This document shows, one piece after another, positions 50,609-62,426 of a stretch of 64,000 bases of DNA. The position numbers and the translations under genes were made by a program. Positions within the stretch are counted from its first letter, which is position 1. Every line of letters begins with the position of its first letter. This stretch comes from Sphaerodactylus townsendi (lineage: Eukaryota). The stretch is taken from assembly GCF_021028975.2 (NCBI RefSeq), contig NC_059430.1, positions 31,992,001 through 32,056,000 on the forward strand, in the 5' to 3' direction. The notes under the pieces are model-generated. The model was not told the DNA's origin, made no database searches, and worked only from the letters and a program-made list of their open reading frames with translations.

Positions 50609-51247
50609 GTCTATGGTGATTTCCACACAGCAAAAATAAAACGTCTTGAGGAAATTTTAAAACCTGTTTTGGGGAGGAAGTTCGCACAGCTCTCTCTCCC
50701 AAAACATCTTCAGAACATTTTATTTATCTCAACCCAGGTTTCTGAAAAATCACTAAACTAGCAATCTTTTCCCTCCAATCTGAGTTGAAGGCATTTCCTG
50801 CCTGCTGAGCAGTCAGGAAACACTTTATTTCTTCCACGCAAACCTCTCACTTCTATGGGAAAATCCTTCTCTTTGTCTAAAAACTCACAGGAATGCTTAA
50901 ATGCTCCTAGTTCACATCTAGTCTAGCATCATGAAACTGAAGGTTGATTCTTAGCAACATACAACAGCCTCTTCCTTCCTCAGTAAGTACAAAATGAAAT
51001 ATCATTCTCTCATAACCTTTATTCTCGTGAAAATATAACCTTCATTGCTCTGGGAAAAGGGGCTCTACTCTTGATTCCCACCCCCCCTCCCTGCCAAAAA
51101 GAATCTTCTGGAGATAATGGGATCTACCGGGATAGAAACTACAAAGGTTGAAGGTGTAGAAAGGAGGGGAATTAGGGGAGATTGAGTAAAAAAGTTGGCT
51201 GCATCCAACCCAGTACTGCATTAGAAAAAAAGATTGAAGTTTATCAC

Positions 51248-51353
51248 CTGAAGAAATGGTGCTTATGTCCCAAATGCGTAGTCCTTGTCTCTCTCCCCCA
51301 AAAGCATAGACAAATGGTAAATCTGGACAACACGCTGCACAGAACAGGACACC
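51248..51353 (-). CDS. PWP1: PWP1 exon
   Basis: [35 protein letters not shown]. Confidence 0.95.
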
Positions 51354-51875
51354 CTAAGGAAAAGAAAGTAAAAGATTGAATTTCTTTGCTATCTTCTGCC
51401 GAACTACTTGCAATAGCCTCTCGTGATAGGCTCAAATCTAGTACAAAAAATTAGTAAAAACTGAAATGAACAATGTCTGTGGCAAAAATACTGTGTGCTT
51501 AACACAAGCAGGGGTTGGGTATATATTTTCCTTTACAAGTTTCCTCTCAGAATACTGTAAAGCGATACTGATTCCAGCAAGTCTGTATATATGGAATCCA
51601 GTATTTTGATGGCAAAGTGCAGCCCAGCCAAAATTATCAACAGTTGGTACAGTTTTATAAATACAGAGTCTATATAAGGTTAGCTTCGGGAGGTTGGATA
51701 TTTTTGTGTGGATGTGTACCTTTGAAATTTCAGTCTACGCATTGTCCATACAATCATACCCTCACCTCAACAACTTTTTATTCTATACATTTATGAGAAA
51801 GTAATATTCCAAACTAAATGGTAGGATCTTTTATGGTTCAATGATTAGGTTTGTTTGCAAAGAGTTTCAAGTTAC

Positions 51876-51997
51876 CATTTTCATGTCCCTGGAATGAACT
51901 ACACTAGGTTTGTCTCCTAATATGTCCCAAATTTTCACATGTTTGTCAGAAGATGACGTCACAAGGCATCCTTTGACTTGGCTGCTTAACTGTAGTC
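51876..51997 (-). CDS. PWP1: PWP1 exon
   Basis: [41 protein letters not shown]. Confidence 0.95.
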
Positions 51998-52172
51998 CTG
52001 CAAAACAAACAGATGGAGTGAGTAACATTATTGATAGAAAGAATTCTCTAGAGGAACCAAGGCATATTCACTACCACCAGCTTATTAATAATTAGGATCT
52101 CTAGGAATTTTGCTTCCAAAGGCTACTGTGGCTACACTGTTGGAAGAATGAGCAGGGCAAAACACTTTATAC

Positions 52173-52318
52173 CAGTGGTTCTCAACCTTCCTAATGCCGC
52201 GACCCTTTAATACAGTTCCTCATGTGGTGGTGACCTCCAACCCTAACATTTATCCATTTTACAGATGGAGAACACTGATGCAGAGAGTCTTAGGCGACCC
52301 TCAGATTGAGAACCTCTG
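52173..52318. mobile_element. SPIN/URR1-type non-autonomous hAT MITE, 146 bp
   Basis: CAGTGGTTCTCAACCTTCCTAATGCCGCGACCCTTTAATACAGTTCCTCATG...GATTGAGAACCTCTG; exact 8-bp TSD CTTTATAC. Confidence 0.85.
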
Positions 52319-52433
52319 CTTTATACAGTAGAGAAGCAAATTATCATTTGCCATGGAATACGCATGCAGGAGAGAGCACAGATGAAAGGCTGACATCTGC
52401 AGGTTGATGATGGGGAGACTGTCCATAAGAAGA

Positions 52434-53855
52434 TTATCCCTGAAATCAGGCTCTATCCCTGAAGACTGGAAGATGGCCAATGTCACATCAATTTTTTAAG
52501 AAAGGATCTAGGTGGGACCCAGGAAATTACAGGCCAGTCAGTTTGACATCTGTTCCTGGTAAATTAATAGAATCTATCATTAAAGATAAAATTATTAAAC
52601 ATGTAGAAAAGCAAGACCTGCTGAGAAAGAGTCAGCATGGCTTTTGCAGAGGCAAATCCTGTCTTACAAACTTACTAGAGTTCTCACAATGAAGAGATGT
52701 CGGGAGTGGTGTCCCGCAAGGATCCGTTTTGGGACCAGTGCTCTTTAACCTATTCATAAATGACCTGGAAGTAGGGGTGGGTAGCGTGGTGGCCAAGTTT
52801 GCAGATGATACCAAATTATGTAGGGTGGTGAGAACCACAAAGGATTGCGAAGAGCTCCAAGCGGACCTTGATAAATTAGATGAGTGGGCTCAGAAATGGC
52901 AAATGCAGTTCAATGTAGCAAAATGTAAAGTGATGCACATAGGGCCAAAAAATCCAAACTTCACATACACGCTACAGGGGTCAGTGCTATATGCCATTAA
53001 AGGTTATTATTATTATTATTATACAGGGGTCAGTGCTATCAGTCATAGACCAGGAAAGGGATTTGGGCGTCTTAGTTGATAGTTCCATGGGAATGTCAAC
53101 TCAATGCATGGCAGCTGTGAAAAAGGCAAACTCTATGCTGGGGATAATCAGGAAAGGAATTGAGAATAAAACTGCAAAGATTGTCATGCCCTTATATAAA
53201 GCAGTGGTGCGAACGCACTTGGAGTACTGTGTCCAGTTCTGGTCGCCGCATCTCAAAAAGGATATTGAGGAGATAGAAAAAGTGCAGAGAAGGGCAACAA
53301 GGATGATTGAGGGACTGGAGCACCTTCCTTATGAGGAGAGGCTGCAGCGTTTGGGACTCTTTAGTTTGGAGAGGAGACGACTGAGGGGGGATATGATTGA
53401 AGTCTATAAAATTATGCATGGGGTAGAAAATGTTGACAGAGAGAAATTTTTCTCTCTTTCTCACAATACTAGAACTGGGGGGCATTCATTGAAAATGCTG
53501 GGGGGAAGAATTGGGACTAATAAAAGGAAACACTTCTTCACGCAACGTGTGATTGGTGTTTGGAATATGCTGCCACAGGAGGTGGTGCTGGCTACTAACC
53601 TGGATAGCTTTAAAAGGGGCTTGGACAGATTTATGGAGGAGAAGTCGATTTATGGCTACCAATCTTGATCCTCTTTGATCTGAGATTGCAAATGCCTTAA
53701 CAGACCAGGTGCTCGGGAGCAACAGCCGCAGAAGGCCATTGCTTTCACATCCTGCATGTGAGCTCCCAAAGGCACCTGGTGGGCCACTGCGAGTAGCAGA
53801 GAGCTGGACTAGATGGACTCTGGTCTGATCCAGCTGGCTTGTTCTTATGTTCTTA
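52434..53855 (+). mobile_element. 5'-truncated CR1 LINE (ORF2 reverse transcriptase and 3' UTR), antisense in a PWP1 intron
   Basis: PGNYRPVSLTSVPGK, QHGF, GVPQGSVLGP, KFADDTKL, LEYCVQFWSP motifs; TTCTTATGTTCTTA tail. Confidence 0.95.
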
Positions 53856-53885
53856 AGATCCAGTGTTGCAGGATCTGATGCTTAC

Positions 53886-53976
53886 CAGATACTTCCTCAT
53901 CATGAGCTTTCAATGTGAAGACTGGTTTATCTGAACGGGCATCTATGGAGTACACAAATCCATCTTCTGTGCTGGC
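53886..53976 (-). CDS. PWP1: PWP1 exon
   Basis: [30 protein letters not shown]. Confidence 0.95.
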
Positions 53977-54004
53977 CTAGAGGAGACATTTCAAGGGTTA
54001 AAAT

Positions 54005-54105
54005 CAGTGGTTGGATTCAGCAGGTTCGCACAACTTTGGCAGAACTGGTTGCTACAGTGGTGCTTGAAAACAACCAGTTGTTAAATTATTTTAATCCCAC
54101 AACTG
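54005..54105. mobile_element. hAT MITE, 101 bp
   Basis: CAGTGGTTGGATT...AATCCCACAACTG with exact 8-bp TSD GTTAAAAT. Confidence 0.8.
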
Positions 54106-54564
54106 GTTAAAATGCTAGAGGCAAGACTGAATCCAGGGCCGCCATCTGCAGAAGGTTATTGGGCCGCCCAATTGCCAAAGCAGCATCTGTGGAAATGGCA
54201 AGATGCTGTTTGGGAGCGCACGCACGCACGCACGCACCCCCACCCACCCACCCACACCCACACACACTTTTGTCCATTTCCTCAGCAGTCCAAGGCACTG
54301 GCACATTTAAAAAAATCCTTCAAATGTGCATCTTCAGATCTTCCGCTTTGAGACCTCTAACACTGCTACTAATTTGTTTCAACTACAAATGCCACCGAAA
54401 GCTTCAACGGATCGGCAAAATTAAGAAATAAGACTTCTGGTCACAATGAAAATGGCAAACGTCTATTAGCAGTCACCCTTAACACACCAATTGCAGAGTG
54501 CTTTAAAATCTTCAGCTTGCGCCGATTTTTTGTTTGAGGGGGAGACATTGTCTTCCTTATGACA

Positions 54565-54760
54565 TATATTATTTATACCCCACCTTTCTCCCCAATGGTG
54601 GCCTAGAGCAGCTTAATCCATTCGCGCCTCCATTTTACTTTCGCAACAACCCTGTGAAGTAGGTTAGGCTCAAGGTCACTCAGTAAGCCTCCATGGCGGA
54701 GTGGGGACCAGTCCTTGGCTTCACAGATTATAATCTGACACTTTAATCACTGCACAACAT
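54565..54760 (-). mobile_element. Older SINE
   Basis: atttataccccacctttctcc...caacaaccctgtgaagtaggttaggct...caaggtcac. Confidence 0.6.
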
Positions 54761-55177
54761 TTGCTGTGTTACAGGAGCTGCTCTTGTAATTCTAGTCCTC
54801 TGTGCAGCATTCAAGCAACTGTGCTTCACTTATGACAACCAAGAAATGTACCAGCTGTCTAAGGTGGGAAACACAGTCAAGCGGAAGACCCTTTTGGAGT
54901 ACAGTTACTGTCCCTGCCTCTGCTAGCCTCAGACATGCGTCACAGGTTCAAGAGAGAAAGAAGGAGGTGCATCAAGGGAAAGGCAATGCATTCAATACTG
55001 TGACTTACATGAAATATAGCAATAGTGCCAAAGCAGCAAATACAGATGTTTCCGCTTACACCTAACACAAACTAGAGAAGCTGCCCCAATGTGTCCCCAA
55101 AATGAGGAATTATGGTTCCGTCCAGTCACTACATGGAAAAGACAATCCAAGAAGAAGCTACAAGATGAAGAACTTAC

Positions 55178-55289
55178 TAGGAAATGGTAAGGTGAGAAAT
55201 GATTCCAAGTCACTCTTGCAACTTCTCCACTAAACCTCCAGATTCTACGGCCATCCTGTGGACTTCTGCAGTCATATAAAATGGCTGAT
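55178..55289 (-). CDS. PWP1: PWP1 exon
   Basis: [37 protein letters not shown]. Confidence 0.95.
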
Positions 55290-55769
55290 CTGGAAGCATC
55301 ATTTTACACGTTAGCATAGTTGAAAAAGAAAAAAACAGACCTAAAGGTCTCACAAATAACCTGAACAACCTCCTAGAAGTGTTCCTCAAGCATACAAAGA
55401 AGAAAAATAAAGTAACTGCTGTCATTATTCAAAATACATTTTAAAAGGAATGCTGTAGTGCTCAACAGTGCTATCCACAAGGAATAAAATAACAGAAAAG
55501 GAACATAACTAAAAACAGCAACATCCATCCCCCACCAACTCAGACAGCAGTAGCGAAAGATACACTTGGGGCTTCAGAGGAATGAAGGGGAATGGTTGTT
55601 CAGGCTGACCAAAGACAGTCGCTTTCAAAACTAAAAACCAAGCAACCAGTAAATCATAATAAATCCCAGAGAGTAATTAGTAACAGCTCACAGCTAACTC
55701 AGAAGATTCAAAGGCAAGGAAATCAAACAGGTAACTACAAAAAGACTGTACTGAAGAAGGCATCTCTAA

Positions 55770-56280
55770 GGCGGATTCTGCACGGGCCGGAAGCAGCAGG
55801 GTGCGGATGGTACAAACACTGTTGTGGGAGAGGACTTTGCACAGCTACCGCTGCTGAAGCGAAGCTGCAATGACCCATTTTCCCCACAACAGCGTTTCTG
55901 TGACTCACTCAACAGGCGAGTCTTTTCGGAAACGCCAGTCTGCAACTGGCACCATGCAAACAGCTGGGCAGGAGGCGCTTCTGCTCCAGCTGCACCTGCA
56001 TCTCCCCTGTATTGCCACTTCCAGTCTGCGTAGCCACACAGGCGCGAGGGCTGTATCGGGGTCTTGCAAGATGTTGAATGGCGGGGCGGGGGGGGGGAGT
56101 TCTATGTGTCCGACAAGACAACAGACAAGAAAAGAACTGCCAGGCCTCGTGCGAAGGCCCATGGCCTGGCCGATTTGCATGCTGTCCATGGGGCGCCTGG
56201 CCATGTGATGCCCCCGGGGCAGCTGTGTTTCCATTTATGCCGGTTGCACTCCACTGTTTCCGGCACATGTGGAATCCGCC
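55770..56280. mobile_element. PIF/Harbinger-type non-autonomous element, 511 bp
   Basis: GGCGGATTC...GAATCCGCC TIRs; TSD TAA at 55767-55769 and 56281-56283. Confidence 0.8.
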
Positions 56281-57611
56281 TAAGAGTCCCATCCTGAGGA
56301 AGGGCTGAATCCACCTTTGCCCTACCCAGGGCACTTACTCCAACAGAGGGATGATTCCACCAGCGTGTGGCTGCCACGGCCCCACCCCAGTGCTGGAACA
56401 CAGCACTAAATCCAGTGCCAACATCTCAGTGCCCCTGCCGTAGTGGAATTGGGCTGGGAGCATGGCCAGGGGAGGAGCCTTAGCTGGCACTATGCCAGCA
56501 GACTTCAGTTAGGACTTAAAGCCAGCCTCCTGGCTGTCATAAGTGCACTGCTGTTGCAGTCTTTCTGGTGGCTGAGGAGGAGAGGCACAAGACCCCTGTG
56601 TGCATCAGGAACAGTCCAGAGGTGAAGCAAGAACAATCCCAAAACAGAAGGCAGGAGCAGTAGTCAAAGTGCAGTCCCAGTACGACGAAGTCCAGAAGAG
56701 AAGTCCAGGGCCTGTCTGGAGAAAAACAGCCAGGGAGACGGGCAGAGTAAAAGGGGTGCAGGAGCAGGATGCAGGGCCAGCACAGAGCAGCAGGAAGACA
56801 AGGTGACATGTGGCTTTCTGCAGAGAGGCAGCCGTTTGCAGTCTCTCATTTGTCGGCCGGGGGAGTGGGCTGCGTCATCTTGCCTTGTTCTTCAGAACCA
56901 ATTCTGGGAGCCACTTACAATCTATGGACGGATGATCTAGCCCCCTTTCAGCTCTTGGCCAGGTCACAGCAGAGCTGAAGGCAGCGTTGTTCCAATGGGG
57001 AAGGTGAGGGTCTTGCTCTGAGAGAGGGTGGGATTGCTGGGGGCCCAGTAAAACGGACCTGGCTCAGAGCTGTCATTGCCAAGTGATACTTCCCGGTGCT
57101 TCCCTACTGACAGCTGGCATTTATGCTTTGTCCAGGTGCTGCCGCTGTCATCTGGCTCTGCCTCCGCCTCACTTTCAAAATCGAGGAATCCGCCTCACTT
57201 CCAAAGTTGAGGAATATTTCCTGCTGCTGGTGGAGAAGTTGAGGGCTGGTTGCAGGAGGTGGACACCGCTTTCAAAGCCATAAAATGTTTCTCCACTCTC
57301 CGATGAGGGGTCGAGGGCTGAGTGTGAGAGGCTGGCCTCGCTCTGGAAGCCATGTCAGATGAAGTGTCAGAGGCAGGCGCTGGGGTTGGCCACGACAATT
57401 GAGGTCTACAGAGGCTCCTTGGCAGTGGGCAGGCTGTTTGACTTTCCCAGCCCCCACCCCCACCTCCCGCAGCCTCTTTGGAGGCAGCAACAGGGGGTGG
57501 CTGCAGGACCATAGCTAGGCACATGGATAAGACTGCCTATTATATTTTTACTTGAAAGGAGTTAGTGTTTAGGTACCACAGTATTAACTTTGTGACAGAG
57601 TACATCTACAC

Positions 57612-57695
57612 CACAGCATCCCAGCATGATGCTGGCAGGGGATGATGGGAACTGCAGTCCATAACATCTGGAGGGCCGCGAGTTTGACACCTATG
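57612..57695. mobile_element. Internally deleted hAT MITE
   Basis: Right arm of the hairpin-MITE family; exact 8-bp TSD ATCTACAC. Confidence 0.75.
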
Positions 57696-57794
57696 ATCTA
57701 CACTAAAGAATGATACCAGTTAGTATTTCTGTATTCTTCTTACAAGCACACCTCATACGTAAATTGAAGCGATGGGGAAAAGAAACTTCCTTAC

Positions 57795-57856
57795 TTGTCG
57801 TAGGAACCAGAAACCAGTGTCTGTGTTTCAAAGGGGTGAAATTGTAGCGTTTGCAC
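57795..57856 (-). CDS. PWP1: PWP1 exon
   Basis: VQTLQFHPFETQTLVSGSYD(K). Confidence 0.95.
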
Positions 57857-58810
57857 CTAAAACAAACATTAATTTGAGGGTAAATGCGTTTCAAATCTAC
57901 TCTTGCAATAAATATGATCTTTTCTAAAGTTCTCAATATGTGAAGTGTTTCCAAAACTATGGCATTTTGGAAACCTACTAGCCATAAACAAAAGACAAAC
58001 AATAGATTAACATGCAAAATATACACTGGATTTAAAAAGCTGCTGATGTAGGACAAAGAATTGTCAAGAAAATGTTCATGAATTTATATTATTATAAGGC
58101 AATTCTAAAGCACTCTCATTGGTGGCTCTGACTGACTATCCAAAGCTTACTTCAGATCTCAATTAGTGCCTCATTCTCAAAAGTGTAGGTAGAGTTGAAA
58201 CCAATATCTGCAAATATTTGTTTGGATATTCTGCACCAATATTTACTTGAATGGTTTAAAACCAAGTTGACAGTTTTTAGTATTGCAAAAAATTGTTTCA
58301 GTGACACAAATATCTTTGTGGTGTTGTGAGTTACTACAAGACAGACAGGATAGGGTTCTTACACTTTCAATAACCCTGTAGAAGACAACTTGCTATACCA
58401 CACTGCAGTTTCAGAAAAAGAGAAAACTGCCCCTGCTTATACCCCTTCCACTGCACAGCTGTTAAGGGCACAACAGTCCTGTCCCTTTTCATGTATATCA
58501 GCACACTCCACAAGCCTCCCTGCTGAATGGCCCGCAAAACAGACCATGTTTGAATCTGTAAATCCCCCAAACTAGATGTCATCAATTTCCACCAATATTT
58601 GCTTTGTGGTATTCAAAGTCAATGGATTTAACATTCTCTCAACAGCTGCAAAATTAGGATACATCCTGCAGGTAAAGTCTAACATGGCATTTCTGTGCCA
58701 GGCAACTATTCACCTTCTGTTCATCAGACAGCAGCAAAAAGCAAAAAAAAAAAAAATCCTACCAAGGCATGTGCATGTGAGGGGGGTGGGGGGAGAACAA
58801 CCTAGTAATG

Positions 58811-58908
58811 GTCATTGTGGGTTTTCCAGGCTGTGTGGCTGTGGTCCAGCCACACAGCCCAGAAAACCCACAACAACCAGTTGAATCTGGCCGTGAAAGC
58901 CTTCGACA
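58811..58908. mobile_element. Short Penelope-derived insertion with 5' inversion
   Basis: Hairpin plus ccgtgaaagccttcgaca end; 12-bp TSD AACCTAGTAATG. Confidence 0.75.
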
Positions 58909-59013
58909 AACCTAGTAATGAGTAATGCTGATATGCAGATTCTCTTTTAAAGCCAGCAGCTAGATGAGTGGTACTTTTTCTTTACATTTTCATAGCAGAA
59001 GTCGTCAAGATAC

Positions 59014-59110
59014 CTTGTCTGTGTGAAAAGGCAGTTCTGCTGCTGCGGTGCCTGTGGACATGTCCCAAAGAATGACCGAGTGATCAGCTGATGCACTTGC
59101 TAACACAGAT
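59014..59110 (-). CDS. PWP1: PWP1 exon
   Basis: [32 protein letters not shown]. Confidence 0.95.
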
Positions 59111-59323
59111 CTGAAAGAAACAAGCACACTGCTTCATCCGATGGAAATAAAAGGCCTGAAACTTAAACTTTAAAAAGTTGCAACAATGAGTTTAAGGTTT
59201 CTACACAGAAAACCAAGCCACTGGGTGAAATAGTGGAACAGACTAAAAAAGTCAGTCAGGCTTGCTGATGATGGCAGATGCCGCCTGTAAGCCACAATGT
59301 GTGGAATTAAGACAGCAGGACAG

Positions 59324-59623
59324 GGAGCAGCAGTGGCGTAGGAGGTTAAGAGCTCGTATCTAATCTGGAGGAACCGGGTTTGATTCCCAGCTCTGCCGCC
59401 TGAGCTGTGGAGGCTTATCCGGGGAATTCAGATTAGCCTGTGCACTCCCACACACACCAGCTGGGTGACCTTGGGCTAGTCACAGCTTTTCGGAGCTCTC
59501 TCAGCCCCACCTACCTCACAGGGTGTTTGTTGTGAGGGGGGAAGGGCAAGGAGATTGTAAGCCCCTTTGAGTCTCCTGCAGGAGAGAAAGGGGGGATATA
59601 AATCCAAACTCTTCTCTTCTCTC
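59324..59623 (+). mobile_element. Young full-length tRNA-derived SINE (Squam3-like)
   Basis: A box TGGCGTAGGAGG, B box GGTTTGATTCC, CT-rich tail. Confidence 0.88.
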
Positions 59624-60252
59624 ATCTGTAGAGTTTTAATTAACATGCACAGGAGGTAGCACTTTTCAAAAGGCTATCAACACCCAGGGAAACAGCAAAG
59701 AAAATGAACTATTCCTGAGGCAACAAATAAGATTTATCACATTTGTGAAGTTTATGCAAGAAACCTCAAAGTGCCTACAGGACTACAGATTTGTTTTGCT
59801 GCCAGGGACCTCCTGCATTTGAAGGCACAAGGGAACTGGTCTGTATCAGCCTTCCTTTCTGGCACTTCACCCCCACCTTGACTCTTGCTTAGGATTTCAA
59901 ATGACCAGTAGACCTCCATATGAAACAAAACAATGCCCTGTGAAGTCATATTTCTAGGTTCTAGTTGTCTGGCAAATATCTAAGGCAAAATGTACTTTAT
60001 TAATCAGAAACCATTTTCTTAAGATGAAACACAAAAGGTAAGTTTAAAAGACTCAATTTATACCTTTTTTTTTTACCAGTAATCTACATTATTTATTGAA
60101 AGCTCCCATGAATCTCTGTGAAAAGCAGGGTGTGAATCTTCTAATTTTTGCCATTCTTTTCATTATCAGTGGATGACTATTCTATGTACACTGATGCCAT
60201 TTTCTCTAAAAGAACACCACTGCACCCATTTACTATTCAAAACTTCTTTTAC

Positions 60253-60326
60253 CTGAGTTGTTTATTCCATGAAAGGTCGAGAACTGCATCAGTATGCCCT
60301 TCACACTTATCTTCTCTAGATGAACT
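60253..60326 (-). CDS. PWP1: PWP1 exon
   Basis: SSSREDKCEGHTDAVLDLSWNKQL(R). Confidence 0.93.
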
Positions 60327-60682
60327 CTGAAAACAAAAAAACATCGAAAAGTTATTTATAGCTCCCAGGGGTGTTACAAAAAAATGCTTGATTAGCTGTG
60401 TAATTTGGATGCTCCTTTAACACGACCATCAAGGAGCCTCGTTATTTGCTGCAGCATTAGTCCAAAATAGACAATCTGTAAAATACTTTCATTAGGACCA
60501 ACCCAAAGATGGGCCAACCCTTTTGATCCATTTTTTAACCTAATTCTGCAAAAAAAAAACACCTGCCCCAGATGCTTTCAAAACCTGTTGTATCTCTCTT
60601 CCCTGTTGATTTCAGAACACAGATGATCTGCCAGTAGGTTTGGAAATTCCAGTTATCCTGATGCTTGAAAGTGTTCTATTCA

Positions 60683-60981
60683 GGAGTAGCAGTGGCGTAG
60701 GAGGTTAAGAGCTCATGTATGTAATCTGGAAGAACCGGGTTTGATTCCCAGCTCTGCCGCCTGAGATGTGGAGGCTTATCTGGGGAATTCAGATTAGCCT
60801 GTGTACTCCCACACACGCCAGCTGGGTGACCTTGGGCTGGTCACAGCTTCTCGGAGCTCTCTCAGCCCCACCCACCTCACAGAGTGTTTGTTGTGAGGGG
60901 GGAAGGGCAAGGAGATTGTAAGTCCCTTTGAGTCTCCTGCAGGAGAGAAAGGGGGGATATAAATCCAAACTCTTCTTCTTC
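60683..60981 (+). mobile_element. Young full-length tRNA-derived SINE (Squam3-like)
   Basis: Near-identical to the 59324 copy. Confidence 0.88.
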
Positions 60982-61045
60982 AACTTGAAACTAAAAAGGA
61001 GGAATAAGCATCATAACTTAACATTATTATAAAACATTTCATTAC

Positions 61046-61176
61046 CTTCTTGCTTTTCTTTTTCTTCTTTTTGGCTTTCTTGCTTCCAAGGGAAAAGACT
61101 GGCTCTAAACAGTCTACTATGTCAAGATCCCAGACTTCAATAACGGGGCTCATTGTACCCACAGCTATATAATTTC
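61046..61176 (-). CDS. PWP1: PWP1 exon with Lys-rich NLS-like stretch
   Basis: [44 protein letters not shown]. Confidence 0.96.
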
Positions 61177-61856
61177 CTGCAAGATGAACATGCCAGAGAA
61201 ATTGGACAGGATTCACAAGGCCATTCACATTGTTAACAATCTGGTTTCTGTCCTGATCTCACCTGACTAGATTAACATATTTACCTGCGATCATCTAATG
61301 AACTGATACAGCACAGAATATCTTTTGGCCTGGATCAGACAAAACCCAAAACCAGTTTATTCAATAATGATTAGGCTGTGTAACCCAGAATCAGCTCACA
61401 ATGATTCAAACCCTGACTTGCCTCAAGAAGCACCAGTTTCATTACTTTCTTGGCTTGGGAGAGTATTACCAGAGGACAAGCCAGAATGTCTGGATTCAGA
61501 AAATACTAACTGAGGTTAACAAGCCAACTTCAGATCCAAGTTTGATGGTAAACTTGCTTAATCATTTATTGAAGTGGCCAGCAATCAGTTACACTAGCTG
61601 TAGTTTAATTAAACCATAGCTTTTCACACAATGGCTGAAGTGAGCCTTTGTTTACAATAAAACGTCTTGCACTGAAAAAGTCATCTATTAGAACTTTTTC
61701 TTTAAAAAATGCTGTTCAAAAAGCTTAATATCTATAGAAGCTTATGCTTCTATAGTTCTGTAGCTGCTGTTAATTCAAAGGGAATATCACATGAGAGGTG
61801 GGTGTTTGTTGGAACAGGAACAGCTAAGCTGAAGCTGGAGTTGCAGTAAGAACTCA

Positions 61857-62234
61857 GGTGGATTCTGCATGGGTGAAAAACATGCCCCTGGAACGGTAAA
61901 AACACAGTTCCGGGGCGCTGTTTGCATGGCTGCCGCTTCTGAATCAAGGCATTTGGGAAACAGCGTTTCCCTGTGGCACTGAACAAACGGCACTGGCTTG
62001 GAGGCACTGCTTTTCGGTGCCTCCAATTTTCAGCGCCTCCATTTTTCCTCCCCGTCCCTGCCAACCTTGGCAAGTGTGGGGAAAGGAAATGGAGGCACCT
62101 CCATGCAAAGGCGCCTTTGTGGGCAGCGGCTGCTCAGGGGCCACTCACACCTCAGCATGTAAATGACCCTGGGGCTCCACCAGCATCATATAAGCTGGTG
62201 GAACACCGCTATCCCCGCCCGGGCGGAATCTGCC
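61857..62234. mobile_element. PIF/Harbinger-type non-autonomous element
   Basis: GGTGGATTC...GAATCTGCC TIRs; 3-bp TSD TCA; same TIR family as 55770. Confidence 0.75.
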
Positions 62235-62426
62235 TCAGTGTCTAACAACTGTGTTAATTTGAAACTGGGACCAGAAATCCTGTTATTCCTTCACAGCTTC
62301 AGAACACACCGGTGAGGGAAAAGACCTCTTCAAAACAAAACCTATTTTAACAAGCTGAAAAACTAGGCAACAATCTAATTATTCTGAAGATGCTAGTTGC
62401 AGAGTAATACTCAGAGATTTATTCAC

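Noticed and set aside
52480-53668. RT-like ORFs as a host gene or an active element
   Set aside because: 5'-truncated CR1 with an internal deletion, a stop codon and a frameshifting insertion.
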